In this document: in pieces, positions 9,846 to 20,135 of the stretch
How the letters are laid out: each line of letters starts with the position of its first letter
How positions within the stretch are numbered: position 1 is the first letter of the stretch
The notes under the pieces: model-generated
What the model was told of the DNA's origin: nothing
The model's database searches: none
The model's input: the letters and a program-made list of their open reading frames with translations, nothing else
Position numbers and translations under genes: made by a program
Origin: a virus
Lineage: Duplodnaviria; Caudoviricetes
Virus record (IMG/VR): IMGVR_UViG_3300014819_000001
Coordinates: 1-64,000 of that record
DNA: 64,000 bases
Strand: one strand, 5' to 3'

Positions 9846-10667
9846 TTATTTATCGTAGTCTAACCATTCATATACATTAAGCCAACTACGTTTTCCTATG
9901 GTTTCTTTAAGATGTCTTATATCAGCCTGTGCGTTATCTCTATAAAATGGGCGTAATTCAGCATCTACATCGTTATATTCTATTCTAGCACCCTCTTGTT
10001 CTGCTATATATTCCGCTATGTCCATATAACTATGATTCAATCCTGTGCCCACATTCCATATACCGCTGCCCTTTACTGTATTGATAAAGTCCCAATGTAG
10101 TTTAACTACATCACCTACCCATACCCAATCTCTTTTGATCTTGTCGGCACCCCGCCATACTGTGATCTTGCCCTCTTTCTTAGCCTGTTGACGCCATTTG
10201 TGTAGAGCATTAGGGTCGCTTTTTAAGTGTTGCCATTTACCGTATACAGTGAAATACCTAAAACCCTGTACAAAACTACTATGCCTATATTTAAAAGCAT
10301 AACGATCAAATAAGTATTTGCTCCAAGCATATGGCCCTTGTGGCACACAGGCAGCACCTTCTTCAAAGTTATTGGTATTACCATATACCTTATGTGTGCT
10401 GGCATATTGTAGATTTACTCCGTTATGTTGACATTCTTCGTAGAGCCAACAACTGAAGTCATAGTTTTGTTTGAGTACTGTTTCAGTATCTAGTGTGTGC
10501 GTATCTGTTATGGCACCTAAGTGTATGACCCAATCATATTCTTTGACAATAGGTTTATTTTTTGGGTCCCAATCATATCCATCTACTATGACACCCTCCT
10601 GCTTGTGTAGAAAGGCACACATATTACGGCCTATAAAGCCTAAATGTCCGGTGACCAAAATACGCAT
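9846..10667 (-). CDS. NAD-dependent epimerase, ADP-L-glycero-D-manno-heptose 6-epimerase-like
   Basis: Start moved to MRILVTGHLGFIG (AAGGAGG RBS); HLGAITDT, YAWSK, RYFTVYG, RDWVWV. Confidence 0.8.
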   Translation of the reverse strand: MRILVTGHLGFIGRNMCAFLHKQEGVIVDGYDWDPKNKPIVKEYDWVIHLGAITDTHTLDTETVLKQNYDFSCWLYEECQHNGVNLQYASTHKVYGNTNNFEEGAACVPQGPYAWSKYLFDRYAFKYRHSSFVQGFRYFTVYGKWQHLKSDPNALHKWRQQAKKEGKITVWRGADKIKRDWVWVGDVVKLHWDFINTVKGSGIWNVGTGLNHSYMDIAEYIAEQEGARIEYNDVDAELRPFYRDNAQADIRHLKETIGKRSWLNVYEWLDYDK

Positions 10668-10720
10668 TCTACACCTCCTTGGTGTTGACATATACTTTAA
10701 TATATAGTAGTATTTACAGC

Positions 10721-11203
10721 ATGGACAAATATAAAGACTTTCCTGAACCGCCAAGGCGTATGACCGACGCTGAAGGTGAGGAGTATTTCGGTCGCATTGT
10801 TAAAGCCATTGGACATTTTAATCCTACAGTCGTTGTTGGAGTGGCCCGTACTGGATTAATCTATGCCACTTGGGTTAGCCAAGTGTTGGCTATACGTGAT
10901 ATAGGTATATATTATCCAGATAAGGATAAATTGTATATGCCAAATATGAATCCAGAACGTGTGGCCTTTGTGGATGACAACACGGTAACTGGTGGTAGCT
11001 ATCTTAAGTGTAAACAGATGATGGCACGAGATTATCCACAAACTCTATTTGTTTGGGCAGTATTATATACAGATTGGAATACTCCCGAACATGTGAGAAA
11101 CGAATTAATACAAGGTACTAGGCTTCCTTATTTTGCCGAGGAACCTTTTTGGGGCAGTAAAAAAATAAGCAAAGACTATGGAGTAAGATTTAGAGATGAG
11201 TAA
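10721..11203 (+). CDS. Type I phosphoribosyltransferase-like protein
   Basis: GVARTG and the PRPP-binding loop VAFVDDNTVTGGS. Confidence 0.75.
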   Translation: MDKYKDFPEPPRRMTDAEGEEYFGRIVKAIGHFNPTVVVGVARTGLIYATWVSQVLAIRDIGIYYPDKDKLYMPNMNPERVAFVDDNTVTGGSYLKCKQMMARDYPQTLFVWAVLYTDWNTPEHVRNELIQGTRLPYFAEEPFWGSKKISKDYGVRFRDE

Positions 11204-11630
11204 AGGCAGCAATTTAACAGCATTTGATTTGGATGGCGTATTCATTCCAGACTGTGACCAAATTCCAGACTTAGGTGATCACGAAGCCTATTTGAATTTG
11301 ACCATGTACATGCAACCCGTGTTCAAACCAGTAGGTGAATGGATCCTATTAACTGGTAGACCAGCAGAATATGAAAGTATAACCAAAAGTTGGCTACTTA
11401 AATATTTTACAAATCAACCCAAATTAATTCTTCATCAACGAGATTCTGAAAAAGAAGATAATCAACAGTATAAGCTACGTATGATTGAAGAACATGATAT
11501 TGATGTGTATATTGAAAGCGATAAGAACATAGTAGAGTTTCTTAAATCCAGTTTGGATGTGGATAAAAAAATCATTGTACACTACAGTGAATTCTGTGAA
11601 ATGTATTTGAACTACAACGCTGGAGCTTGA
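11196..11630 (+). CDS. HAD-superfamily phosphatase-like protein
   Basis: AFDLDGV, LLTGRP, K...YIESD. Confidence 0.75.
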   Translation: MSKGSNLTAFDLDGVFIPDCDQIPDLGDHEAYLNLTMYMQPVFKPVGEWILLTGRPAEYESITKSWLLKYFTNQPKLILHQRDSEKEDNQQYKLRMIEEHDIDVYIESDKNIVEFLKSSLDVDKKIIVHYSEFCEMYLNYNAGA

Positions 11631-11655
11631 CATCATGTGCTAGTCCTAGTATAAT
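11627..11655 (+). promoter_or_regulatory. Consensus sigma-70 promoter
   Basis: TTGACA-17 bp-TATAAT. Confidence 0.85.
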
Positions 11656-11681
11656 GCTTATATTGAAACTATAGGTGACTT

Positions 11682-11942
11682 ATGCCAAAACTAGCAGCTC
11701 TTTTACTGATATCTACATTGGCAGGTTGTGCCAATGTAGAACTCAAACCTCCATTATGTCCAGGTACAAGATCCTATGATGTACAACTATGTAGAGGTGA
11801 AAAGCCATATATGATCCCTAATCCTCCTTATGCGGCTTTTCAACGTAAGGCCAAATGCGAGCAGTGTATTGACATTGATCAAAATTGTGTTTGGGGTATT
11901 CCACAACATTGTAAACCTAAATGGCCATTTGAACAACGATGA
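11682..11942 (+). CDS. Small Cys-rich lipoprotein
   Basis: Lipobox LAGC. Confidence 0.65.
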   Translation: MPKLAALLLISTLAGCANVELKPPLCPGTRSYDVQLCRGEKPYMIPNPPYAAFQRKAKCEQCIDIDQNCVWGIPQHCKPKWPFEQR

Positions 11943-12295
11943 AAATCACCGTACGCAATTCAAAATATCCTAAGCGAGATCGCTATTTCTTTGCCATACC
12001 AGAATTCGTAGAATATGAAGGTGAGGAAACTACTCTCAAGCACGTTGACAGCAACGCATATCTGTGCCTTACTACGGGCCTAAAAGACTTTCCCATTCGT
12101 GTTATTGATAGGAGTATGATCGTGGGTAATCGTATTGACTTTAGTCATCTACTTAAACTTCCTGTACCAGAGACCAAAGTGGTCAAAGGTAGTAAGGGTA
12201 ATGAATATGTATTAACCAAGACAAGTGGTAAGTGGGCCTGTACTTGTCCTGGTTTTGAATTTAGGTCCACTTGCAAACACGTTAAGGAAGCGTAA
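11939..12295 (+). CDS. SWIM zinc-finger protein
   Basis: C-terminal CTCPGFEFRSTCKH. Confidence 0.75.
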   Translation: MKITVRNSKYPKRDRYFFAIPEFVEYEGEETTLKHVDSNAYLCLTTGLKDFPIRVIDRSMIVGNRIDFSHLLKLPVPETKVVKGSKGNEYVLTKTSGKWACTCPGFEFRSTCKHVKEA

Positions 12296-12296
12296 A

Positions 12297-12890
12297 ATGT
12301 TTGGTGATGATGAACGTTTAGGATTCGAAGTCCACGAGAAAAGATATGATTATTGGAATCTAACTGAAAAAGGTTTAGAATGGATGTTAGGACATGGTAG
12401 AGATTTTCTTCAGGATCTTGTTCCTGATGAGTATAATAGAACAGGTGCTAGCTTTACAAATATAAGCAATACATTATTTCCTTGGTATGAAGTTGTTTAT
12501 TGTTTGGCTAAAAAGCATAATAGCGCCAAATCACGAGCTTACCAAGATCGTAGGAGTGAAGATCTAACCTTAAGATTTTTAACAGAAATGTACCTCGATC
12601 AAAAGGGCCGTTGTAGTATCACTGGCATGATTATGAGTCCTAATATAGGTGATTATGATAAAAATCCTTATGTAATTAGTATTGATCGAATAGATAGTAA
12701 CGAAGGTTACGAAAGAGGTAATGTACGACTGTGCTGTCATTGGGCCAATAATTCAAAAAACGTTTGGAGTCAATCTATGTTAGACGAATTTATTCAATCA
12801 GCTAGCGTAATTCTAGCAGAAAAAAAACTGATGTCTAAAATAGTGGAATCAAATTTACAGAAATTTTCTAATTATCATGAATGTGATTGA
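12297..12890 (+). CDS. HNH-like endonuclease
   Basis: QKGRCSITG...SIDRIDSNEGY..GNVRLCC...N..K. Confidence 0.75.
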   Translation: MFGDDERLGFEVHEKRYDYWNLTEKGLEWMLGHGRDFLQDLVPDEYNRTGASFTNISNTLFPWYEVVYCLAKKHNSAKSRAYQDRRSEDLTLRFLTEMYLDQKGRCSITGMIMSPNIGDYDKNPYVISIDRIDSNEGYERGNVRLCCHWANNSKNVWSQSMLDEFIQSASVILAEKKLMSKIVESNLQKFSNYHECD

Positions 12891-15096
12891 AGTTGAACAT
12901 AAGGACCTACTAGGACGTAAGGTAGAAGTGGGTGACTTTGTGGCCTTCTCCCAAAGTAATACTATCTATGTTGGCCGTGTGATAAAATTAAATTCTAAAA
13001 TGTTGAGATTACAACACATAAGACAATGCAGGTGGTTGGCCGATGAGGTGAACAAGTACTCAAAAGATTGTGTGCTACTACCCAGTCGTGACATGGACTT
13101 TTACTTATTAAGGGTGGCTTCAAAATGAAAATGAGCAGTGTGGAAGTAGGCCTATTTAGACTACCAGGTGTTGTGTTCGAACGTGATTCACTTACTCAAG
13201 ATAAAGTGGAAGAAATCAATGCCTGGTGTGCGGAGAATAACTGTGGTCGGCAGATGACTGATGTACTATGGAGTTTCAAAAAGCCTACTCAACGTGACTT
13301 GTTCATCTTAAGGTGGAGTGAATGAATACACTGCCCTTATTGCCTTATTATAAAAATGCCTGTGACTACTATTATACCAACATATGGCAAGGTGGTAAGG
13401 TAGAAGTTCAACCTTGGTTGAGAGCAGAATTCGACGCTGGTGTCGCAGTGGGCCGTTGCCATCTCATATTCACTAGCAGTAAAAAGAGAAACTGGTTTGC
13501 TCTACGCTTTGGAGAATCATATGAACTCTGATGAAAATAAAAAGATTATATCTGGCCTATTGAGCATACTCAACGCCAAGGCAAGATATTTTTGGGAAGC
13601 CCAGGGTAAGTTAGAACTGGTATTGAAGGCAGAGTTGGATACAGGTAGTGGCCCAAAGATATTAGCACCAGATGCTTATATAGTACATCCTATACAAGAG
13701 TGGTGTTTGGAGAATAACTGTGGTAGACGTATGAGTTATGACACTTTTAGGTTTCGTAATCAAAAACAAAAAACCTTGTTCCTACTACGTTGGGAAGGCG
13801 TAAGTGACGACCACCAATTTTAGAGGTTGGTATGTGGTAAGTACCTATCAACCAGATGGGAATACTGCCTGGACACCTTTGTTTAGGTGGTGCGAAGAAA
13901 CATTTGAACCGAGGACTTGGAGTTATGAGGGGGAGGGTGTGTTTGCTTTTCAAAATGAACGAGATGCCAATTGGTTTGCATTGAGGTGGATATGAATATT
14001 GGACATTCAGGAAAACATAAAGTATCTAAATTATTATTCAATCAATTATTTGTTAAAGTAGAGGAACCTATAATGAAAAAAGGTAAGATGGATCGTAGAA
14101 TGAAAGGTCATTATTATTTTGATTTTTACGTTGAATTTAGTGTATTAGATAGATTAAAGTTTGACGAAGTTCGTAGATGGTGCTACGCTACATTTGGTCC
14201 CAGCAGTGAATTAGCTATTTGGTTTTATTATCCTAGTGAAGAACGTGCTAACTGGTGTTGGATAGTTGATGACTATCGTTGTAAGTTATTGTTTAAGTCT
14301 AGCAAAGAATATAACTGGTTTCAACTCAAATACACATGATATCTAGATAAAATGCTACTAGAACTGGCACGATAGTAAATACGTGATGATAAAAGTCACA
14401 GTGCCAAACGAACACACTGGACAACTGATTGATATGGTTCGTGAATTAAAAAGTCAAGGCTTGGTACAGGGCAAGGATTTTGATTTTAGGTTTATGCCTG
14501 CCATCTATGATTTTATGAATAGTCACAGTGAACCAAGACACGCGGTGTTCAGTTTTTATGAGGAGAAGTGGGCAACATGGTTCACACTGAAATGGCTGTA
14601 AATGATTTAGGTTATTTGGAGATACATCCTGGATGGACATATACTCTTAAAACCTACTGTAAACGCTGTGATGACCTATATGATATGTTTGACTGGTGTG
14701 ATCAAAAGATTGGCAAGTGCGGTGAGGATTGGGACTTTCAAGTTAATAGGTTTTTATTTCGAAGAGGGCGTGACTGTACATATTTTACATTGAGGTGGTG
14801 ATATGGCTGGATTTAAGAGTAAACGAGCAATGGGTGTTGCTACATTTGGTATGCCCAAGGTAGCAAAGGATCCTCCGGTGAATGTGCTGAACAAGTTAGA
14901 CAATGGCTTTTATCTAGTGGCCTTTAATAAGGAAGCCATAGATGATTTTAGGAGTACTTATAAGGATAAAGAAGGTACAGCCTGGCAAGAATATTTAGAC
15001 AATGAATATATTATCTATCGTCGTAGATTAGAAGTTAGAGAAGACTTAGTCACATTATTAAAACTAAAATATACCCAGCACCTGGATCATAGTTGA
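12877..15096 (+). other. Tandem array of about 9 short paralogous ORFs ending in F-x-L-(R/K)-(W/Y/F)
   Basis: ORFs at 13125, 13322, 13521, 13804, 13992, 14383, 14592 and 14803 (weaker: 12877); mostly overlapping stop/start codons. Confidence 0.8.
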
Positions 15097-15106
15097 TATA
15101 TACTAG

Positions 15107-15391
15107 ATGTTAAACAAAGTCAAAGCCTTTTGGCACCATAGTTATACTACTGATCGTAGGGCCTTCTATTTAGAGATGATGGCCAGTATCTGCGTAGTCA
15201 GTACTACATTTGCCATTGCTTGGATGGCCTATCATCCTCCAATGGAATACATATACCCTGTTAGTTTTGTAGGCGCTGTATTCAGTATATTAGCCTACTG
15301 GCGTAGACAGTTAGCTTGGCCTTTTTTATTAACCTGTTATTTTGCCTGTATTCATGTATTTGGATTTGGGCGTGCTGTGGGGTATTGGTAA
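15107..15391 (+). CDS. Small multi-pass membrane protein
   Basis: Three hydrophobic segments. Confidence 0.65.
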   Translation: MLNKVKAFWHHSYTTDRRAFYLEMMASICVVSTTFAIAWMAYHPPMEYIYPVSFVGAVFSILAYWRRQLAWPFLLTCYFACIHVFGFGRAVGYW

Positions 15392-16209
15392 TGCCAAATG
15401 TAGTACAACTACCTGAAGTATTAACTAGAAATGATTTTGTATCTATGATACCAAAATCGGCTCTTACCTTGGAAATAGGCCCATATAATAATCCTACGTT
15501 GAAGAAAAGTCAGTTTCCTAATGTACGCTATATGGACCTGTTTACCATAGACCAAATCCGTGCAGATAAAGATCGTTATACTAATGTAGGTGAAATGCCA
15601 GATCATATTGATATTATAGTTGACCCAGAACAACGCCCTACCTTTAAGACAGACCTTAAATTTGACTACATCTATAGTGCTCATAATATAGAACATCACC
15701 CTGATATCATATATCACTTAAACGAGATGGCTGGATTAGCACAAGGTATGCATACCAAATACTTTTTAACAGTTCCAGACAAGCGTTATTGTTTTGATTA
15801 TTATCAACACACCAGTGAGTATACTGATATGATTGAAGCATACCTCGAACAGCGTAAAAGTCATAGCTTAGGTAGTTATTTACGACACACAGTATTTGCC
15901 ACACACAACAATATATATGAACATTGGCATGGTATTCATGGGGAAGATCCTAGAACTATAGATATTAACATTAATCATGCTACTAACATTAGACATAAGT
16001 TAGATAGTGCAAGGGACGAACGTCAACGTAAGTTTGCTGATATTCATGCTTGGTATTTTACTGACAAAAGTTTTATGTACACAATTAATATGTTAAATCA
16101 ATTAGGTCTACAACCGTGGCGTGTGGAAACTGTGACTCCACCACAACATATGACTCCAGAGTTTCATGCAGTAATGAGCCTAACTAGATATGTCAACACA
16201 AGAAATTAA
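15391..16209 (+). CDS. SAM-dependent methyltransferase-like protein
   Basis: LEIGP, FDYIYSAHNIEH, LTVPDKRYCFD. Confidence 0.7.
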   Translation: MPNVVQLPEVLTRNDFVSMIPKSALTLEIGPYNNPTLKKSQFPNVRYMDLFTIDQIRADKDRYTNVGEMPDHIDIIVDPEQRPTFKTDLKFDYIYSAHNIEHHPDIIYHLNEMAGLAQGMHTKYFLTVPDKRYCFDYYQHTSEYTDMIEAYLEQRKSHSLGSYLRHTVFATHNNIYEHWHGIHGEDPRTIDININHATNIRHKLDSARDERQRKFADIHAWYFTDKSFMYTINMLNQLGLQPWRVETVTPPQHMTPEFHAVMSLTRYVNTRN

Positions 16210-16489
16210 ATTAGCAGAAGGCATTACTGCCATGTACAAGTTCATAGATAGCGAATGCTACGACTGGATTGTTTTAGCCCGTGTACCTATTGAAACACAA
16301 GATCCAAATTACTTTGCAGAAGAATATTTAAAGAGCTTTTTAGAAAGTACATATGGATCATGGTGTTTAAAGAATGTTAAAGATATAGAATATAAATTTA
16401 AACCAGGTGAAAAAACTCTATTTGATTTTGAATTGTTTGGCTATATCAAACCAGTTAAACTCACTGAGATGCGTATAAGATTTACATGA
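16190..16489 (+). CDS. Hypothetical protein (divergent F-x-L-K-W family member)
   Basis: Overlapping ORF with GSWC and a C-terminal EMRIRF. Confidence 0.5.
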   Translation: MSTQEIKLAEGITAMYKFIDSECYDWIVLARVPIETQDPNYFAEEYLKSFLESTYGSWCLKNVKDIEYKFKPGEKTLFDFELFGYIKPVKLTEMRIRFT

Positions 16490-16725
16490 AGCAGCATTAT
16501 AGATACTTTTTTGTACTGCTAAAAGTATATTCAGATTATAAAAAATCAAACCCTTTAAGCATACAAATGGATACTAACTTTGCTGAATATGCTTTAGATA
16601 CCTATGGCATAGAAATATTGTTCGAGCCAAATGGACTGATACGTCCAGCATATAATATCAAAGATCCTAAAAAACACATTTTGTTCATGTTAAAATACAG
16701 CGATTTAATAGGTGAATTACAATGA
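16486..16725 (+). CDS. F-x-L-K-Y family small protein
   Basis: Ends KHILFMLKYS. Confidence 0.65.
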   Translation: MKQHYRYFFVLLKVYSDYKKSNPLSIQMDTNFAEYALDTYGIEILFEPNGLIRPAYNIKDPKKHILFMLKYSDLIGELQ

Positions 16726-17099
16726 TTAAACAGGTAAATGCAGGTAAAGGAATCAATGTTATTAATAATTATAATTCCTATCCACATATAAGTCCAGGTA
16801 GTAATGGTGCTGGTATGGTGCGATGGAACAGTAATTCAAATTGTTTTGAAGTGAATGATGGGGCAGTTTGGCGACATATAACAATGAGTGATCCTACTAT
16901 AGAACTCAGCTCAGACGCTATTTCTGCTATAGAATGGGCACAGGCTCAAATGTTTAAAGAAAGAATGAGAGAACAACGTATTAAGAATAATCCTGCTCTA
17001 CAAAAGGCCTATGAAGCTATTCAACGAGCAGAGGCTAACTACGATATATTAGATAAGATTATAGGAGAGAAAAACAGTGTCCAACACCACCCTGTATGA
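16722..17099 (+). CDS. Hypothetical phage protein
   Basis: GMVRWNSNSNCFEVNDG segment plus a helical C-terminus. Confidence 0.65.
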   Translation: MIKQVNAGKGINVINNYNSYPHISPGSNGAGMVRWNSNSNCFEVNDGAVWRHITMSDPTIELSSDAISAIEWAQAQMFKERMREQRIKNNPALQKAYEAIQRAEANYDILDKIIGEKNSVQHHPV

Positions 17100-17116
17100 A
17101 TATGATAGAGAGCCAC
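17048..17116 (+). repeat. Direct repeat of about 69 bp, copy 1 (copy 2 at 18653-18721)
   Basis: ATTAGATAAGATTATAGGAGAGAAAAAC.GTGTCCAACACCACCCTGTATGAATATGATA.AGAGCCAC; two mismatches between copies. Confidence 0.95.
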
Positions 17117-17242
17117 AGTTATAAACAGCCCATCTACCATCAGATGATAGACCATAATATCTTTGGTTATAGATATGCCAAATCCGCTTTCCTCAAAGAA
17201 AAAGACTATACCTACTATTGTCTAAAATGGGCAGATAAATAA
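17078..17242 (+). pseudogene. Internally deleted, frameshifted paralog of the 18682-19041 gene
   Basis: Same first 13 codons (one substitution), then a shift to ...IDHNIFGYRY...DYTYYCLKWADK, homologous to ...IDHYSMGYAY...NYTFWCLKWGK. Confidence 0.75.
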
Positions 17243-17258
17243 ATTTTTAGGAATTAAT

Positions 17259-17927
17259 GTGAGTAACTTAGGAAGAATCTGGATTTTTGGGGATGAATAT
17301 GGTGCCAAAGAATCTGACCTTGAAACTTATCACGACGTTCTGTTAAAACTGCTTGGTGTCCCTATTTTTAATTTTGCCAAAGAATTCACTTCTCAAGAAT
17401 ATTGTTTTCATACAGTAGTCGAAAATATTAGAAGTTTCTCTGACAACGATCTATTAATAATTTTTTTAACTGATATCAGGAGAGAATGGTTTTTTTCTGC
17501 ATTCCCAGATAAGTCGGATTTACAAACTATTCTACGAGCTTTTGGATCTAAGAAAAAGGATTTTTATGAAAATTTTTTTCAGCGTTATCAGCCTATTCAT
17601 ATAAAACAAGACCGTCAAAAACTTTTTATTAATTACATTAAATTACTGACGAAAGATTATTATCATTGTCCTTTAATTATTAAATCTTTCCCTAATAGTA
17701 GTGAAATGGAATTTCTTTCATCTATAGGAGACATGGAGGCAATTAGTCGTGGTGAATTTAAAAATCAAAATTATTTTTTAAACACTCAAAAAAGGCCCAA
17801 TAATTTATCTCAATCCAATCATCAACTATTTGGCAATAAAATCGTATCATATTTAGAAGGAAAATCCTTTAGTTTAACTAAAGGATTTGTTAAAAACCTA
17901 TATCAAAGTAAGGACGAATTAAAATGA
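17259..17927 (+). CDS. SGNH/GDSL-like protein, paralog 1 (degenerate motifs)
   Basis: WIFGDEY...NNLSQSNH; paralog of the next gene; very AT-rich. Confidence 0.55.
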   Translation: MSNLGRIWIFGDEYGAKESDLETYHDVLLKLLGVPIFNFAKEFTSQEYCFHTVVENIRSFSDNDLLIIFLTDIRREWFFSAFPDKSDLQTILRAFGSKKKDFYENFFQRYQPIHIKQDRQKLFINYIKLLTKDYYHCPLIIKSFPNSSEMEFLSSIGDMEAISRGEFKNQNYFLNTQKRPNNLSQSNHQLFGNKIVSYLEGKSFSLTKGFVKNLYQSKDELK

Positions 17928-18574
17928 TTGAAAAAGTATGGGTTTTTGGAGATAGTTTTGCTGTGTTCGATAAGTTCTACGTAAAGTTAGTTACCTATCA
18001 TAGTATAATTACTGAATCCTTGCAGATTCCAGTTGAATCTTTAGGGGCTGACGGAAGCTCTTTTGAGTATTGTGTTCACACATTTTTAGAAACAGTAGAA
18101 CATATAGAGCCAAATCATCTTCTCATTTTTTTTATAACAGATAGAAAACGAACCTGGTTTGTAAAAGATAACCCTTGGCAAGCCTACCCTCATGCTTTAA
18201 GAATATTGGATGCAAAATTTTTTGACGAATGGTGGGTTGAAAAACCTTTACATGTAGAACATATAACGGAAAAAATTTTTTTTAATTATGTAGATCAATT
18301 AACTAAAAATTTCGAAAAAGCTCCAATTTTTATCCAAAATTTTCTACATAGTCCTTACAATTTTCCCAAATCTCTAAATGTTGCCAATGGTACTATCTAT
18401 GAAATTAGTAAGGATGAATACACAAAAAGATTAGATCAACATACGGATATTAGAGCAAACCATTTGTCAGAGATTAACCACAAGGTTCTAGCAACTAAAT
18501 TTATAGATTATATACAAGGACGAGAAAAAACAGTTGATTTAACAAGTGGTTTCGCTTCAAAATTCCTAAACTAA
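17924..18574 (+). CDS. SGNH/GDSL-like protein, paralog 2
   Basis: WVFGDSF, G..GSS, NHLSEINH..LA. Confidence 0.65.
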   Translation: MIEKVWVFGDSFAVFDKFYVKLVTYHSIITESLQIPVESLGADGSSFEYCVHTFLETVEHIEPNHLLIFFITDRKRTWFVKDNPWQAYPHALRILDAKFFDEWWVEKPLHVEHITEKIFFNYVDQLTKNFEKAPIFIQNFLHSPYNFPKSLNVANGTIYEISKDEYTKRLDQHTDIRANHLSEINHKVLATKFIDYIQGREKTVDLTSGFASKFLN

Positions 18575-18600
18575 GACGGATTCGCAAAATAAAAAATTCC

Positions 18601-18629
18601 TTGACATATCCTAGTTTATTCAGTATAAT
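18601..18629 (+). promoter_or_regulatory. Consensus sigma-70 promoter
   Basis: TTGACA-17-TATAAT. Confidence 0.85.
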
Positions 18630-18652
18630 ACATACATGAATAACCCACTGTG

Positions 18653-18721
18653 ATTAGATAAGATTATAGGAGAGAAAAACCGTGTCCAACACCACCCTGT
18701 ATGAATATGATAAAGAGCCAC
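18653..18721 (+). repeat. Direct repeat of about 69 bp, copy 2
   Basis: Matches 17048-17116. Confidence 0.95.
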
Positions 18722-19041
18722 CTTGGCTAGTACATTTGGATAAAAAAACAGGATTACCCATCAAAGTGTATAATGTATGTGTACATAAGTTTAAGATGGG
18801 GGATGTTGAAGATCCTGAAATCTATGCTGCTGGACCATTGTTAGATTGGCAAAATAGTGAAGCAGGTAAGTGGGTAATGGAACACGCTGAAGAACCTCCT
18901 ACATATCAACAGTTCATTGACCATTACTCAATGGGCTATGCTTATAACGTCTACGCCAAACTGGCAGATAAGAACTATACATTTTGGTGCTTGAAATGGG
19001 GCAAAGCGACCACACCCCAAGATATCTTAAAGAATACCTAA
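18682..19041 (+). CDS. Hypothetical protein (L-K-W tail family)
   Basis: GDVEDPEIYAA.P...W..SEAGKWVM; ends TFWCLKWG. Confidence 0.75.
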   Translation: MSNTTLYEYDKEPPWLVHLDKKTGLPIKVYNVCVHKFKMGDVEDPEIYAAGPLLDWQNSEAGKWVMEHAEEPPTYQQFIDHYSMGYAYNVYAKLADKNYTFWCLKWGKATTPQDILKNT

Positions 19042-19242
19042 GCAATTTTATTTGGTATCACGTGGATGAGATGCATACCAGTGATATAGCTGCTTGGTTG
19101 GTTAATCACGGTCGTCAATATAGAGATTGGACTGTGATTGAAGGCCATATGTATGAGAATGCCTGCTTTGTTTATATAAGAGATCGCAGAGTGGGTATGT
19201 TGTTTGAAATCACATTCAGCGAATATATCTTAAACAAATATC

Positions 19243-19271
19243 TTGACAACCCATCAGACTTCTAGTATAAT
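19243..19271 (+). promoter_or_regulatory. Consensus sigma-70 promoter
   Basis: TTGACA-17-TATAAT. Confidence 0.85.
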
Positions 19272-19569
19272 TATATATACTGAAATCAAACTTGGAGTTA
19301 ATCGTGGCCTATTATGTTAGAGATGGTGAGATTGTACCCGTAGCAGTGCCCCTTGGTCGTAGAGTAAAGATTGGCAGCAACTATAGAGAACCATTACCGA
19401 ATTATATTGCCAATGATCAGTTGTGGATACAGGATGTATATACATTCAGCCGGATTCCGTTCTATGCTATCAAGTTTAGGTTTGAAAGGTATTTGACTGT
19501 GGCTGCTCTTTGGTTTGCCTGTTTTGTTGTATTAACATTTATTGGTAGATATTATTTAGGAGCACCTGT

Positions 19570-19785
19570 ATGAACGAACGAATCCGAGAACTAGTTAGAG
19601 AATCCCATTTAGATGTGTATGGTTTAGGCAAAGAAAGGTATAAGTGGGAATACACTGTGGGAAAGTTTGCCGAGTTGCTTGTGAGGAAATGTGCTGATGT
19701 ATTGGATAATCAAATTGCGCCACCCAACCACCCCATGAACAGTTTGGGTCATAAATTGAAAAAACATTTCGGAGTTGAAGAATGA
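19570..19785 (+). CDS. Small hypothetical protein, paralog of 20136-20372
   Basis: MNERIREL...FAELLVRKC...KKHFG versus MNPRIKEL...LVIEEC...KKHFG. Confidence 0.7.
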   Translation: MNERIRELVRESHLDVYGLGKERYKWEYTVGKFAELLVRKCADVLDNQIAPPNHPMNSLGHKLKKHFGVEE

Positions 19786-20135
19786 AACTTAAATATTTCG
19801 TAGCCTTTTTTGTAGTATTTGTCATACCCATTTTAATTGGATTTGGTTTGTATTCAATTAGAAACGAACATCACGCTGTGACCAATGTTTGTAATGAATT
19901 TTTTTATCCCAAACTATGTGGGAATGATGAATAATGGGTTTTATCAGAGCCACCTGCGGACACGAAGTTGAAAATATAGATGATCTTAAAACCGTTGCCT
20001 TGGCGGGATATAGCCGTCTCAATCAACGCTGTGTGTCCTATTCCAGTGTCTGTGAATCCTGTTATAAAAAGGCTGAACTTGAAGGCATTATACTCTATGA
20101 TCAAGGTGAAGAAAATAAATGGCTGGAGAGGACCG

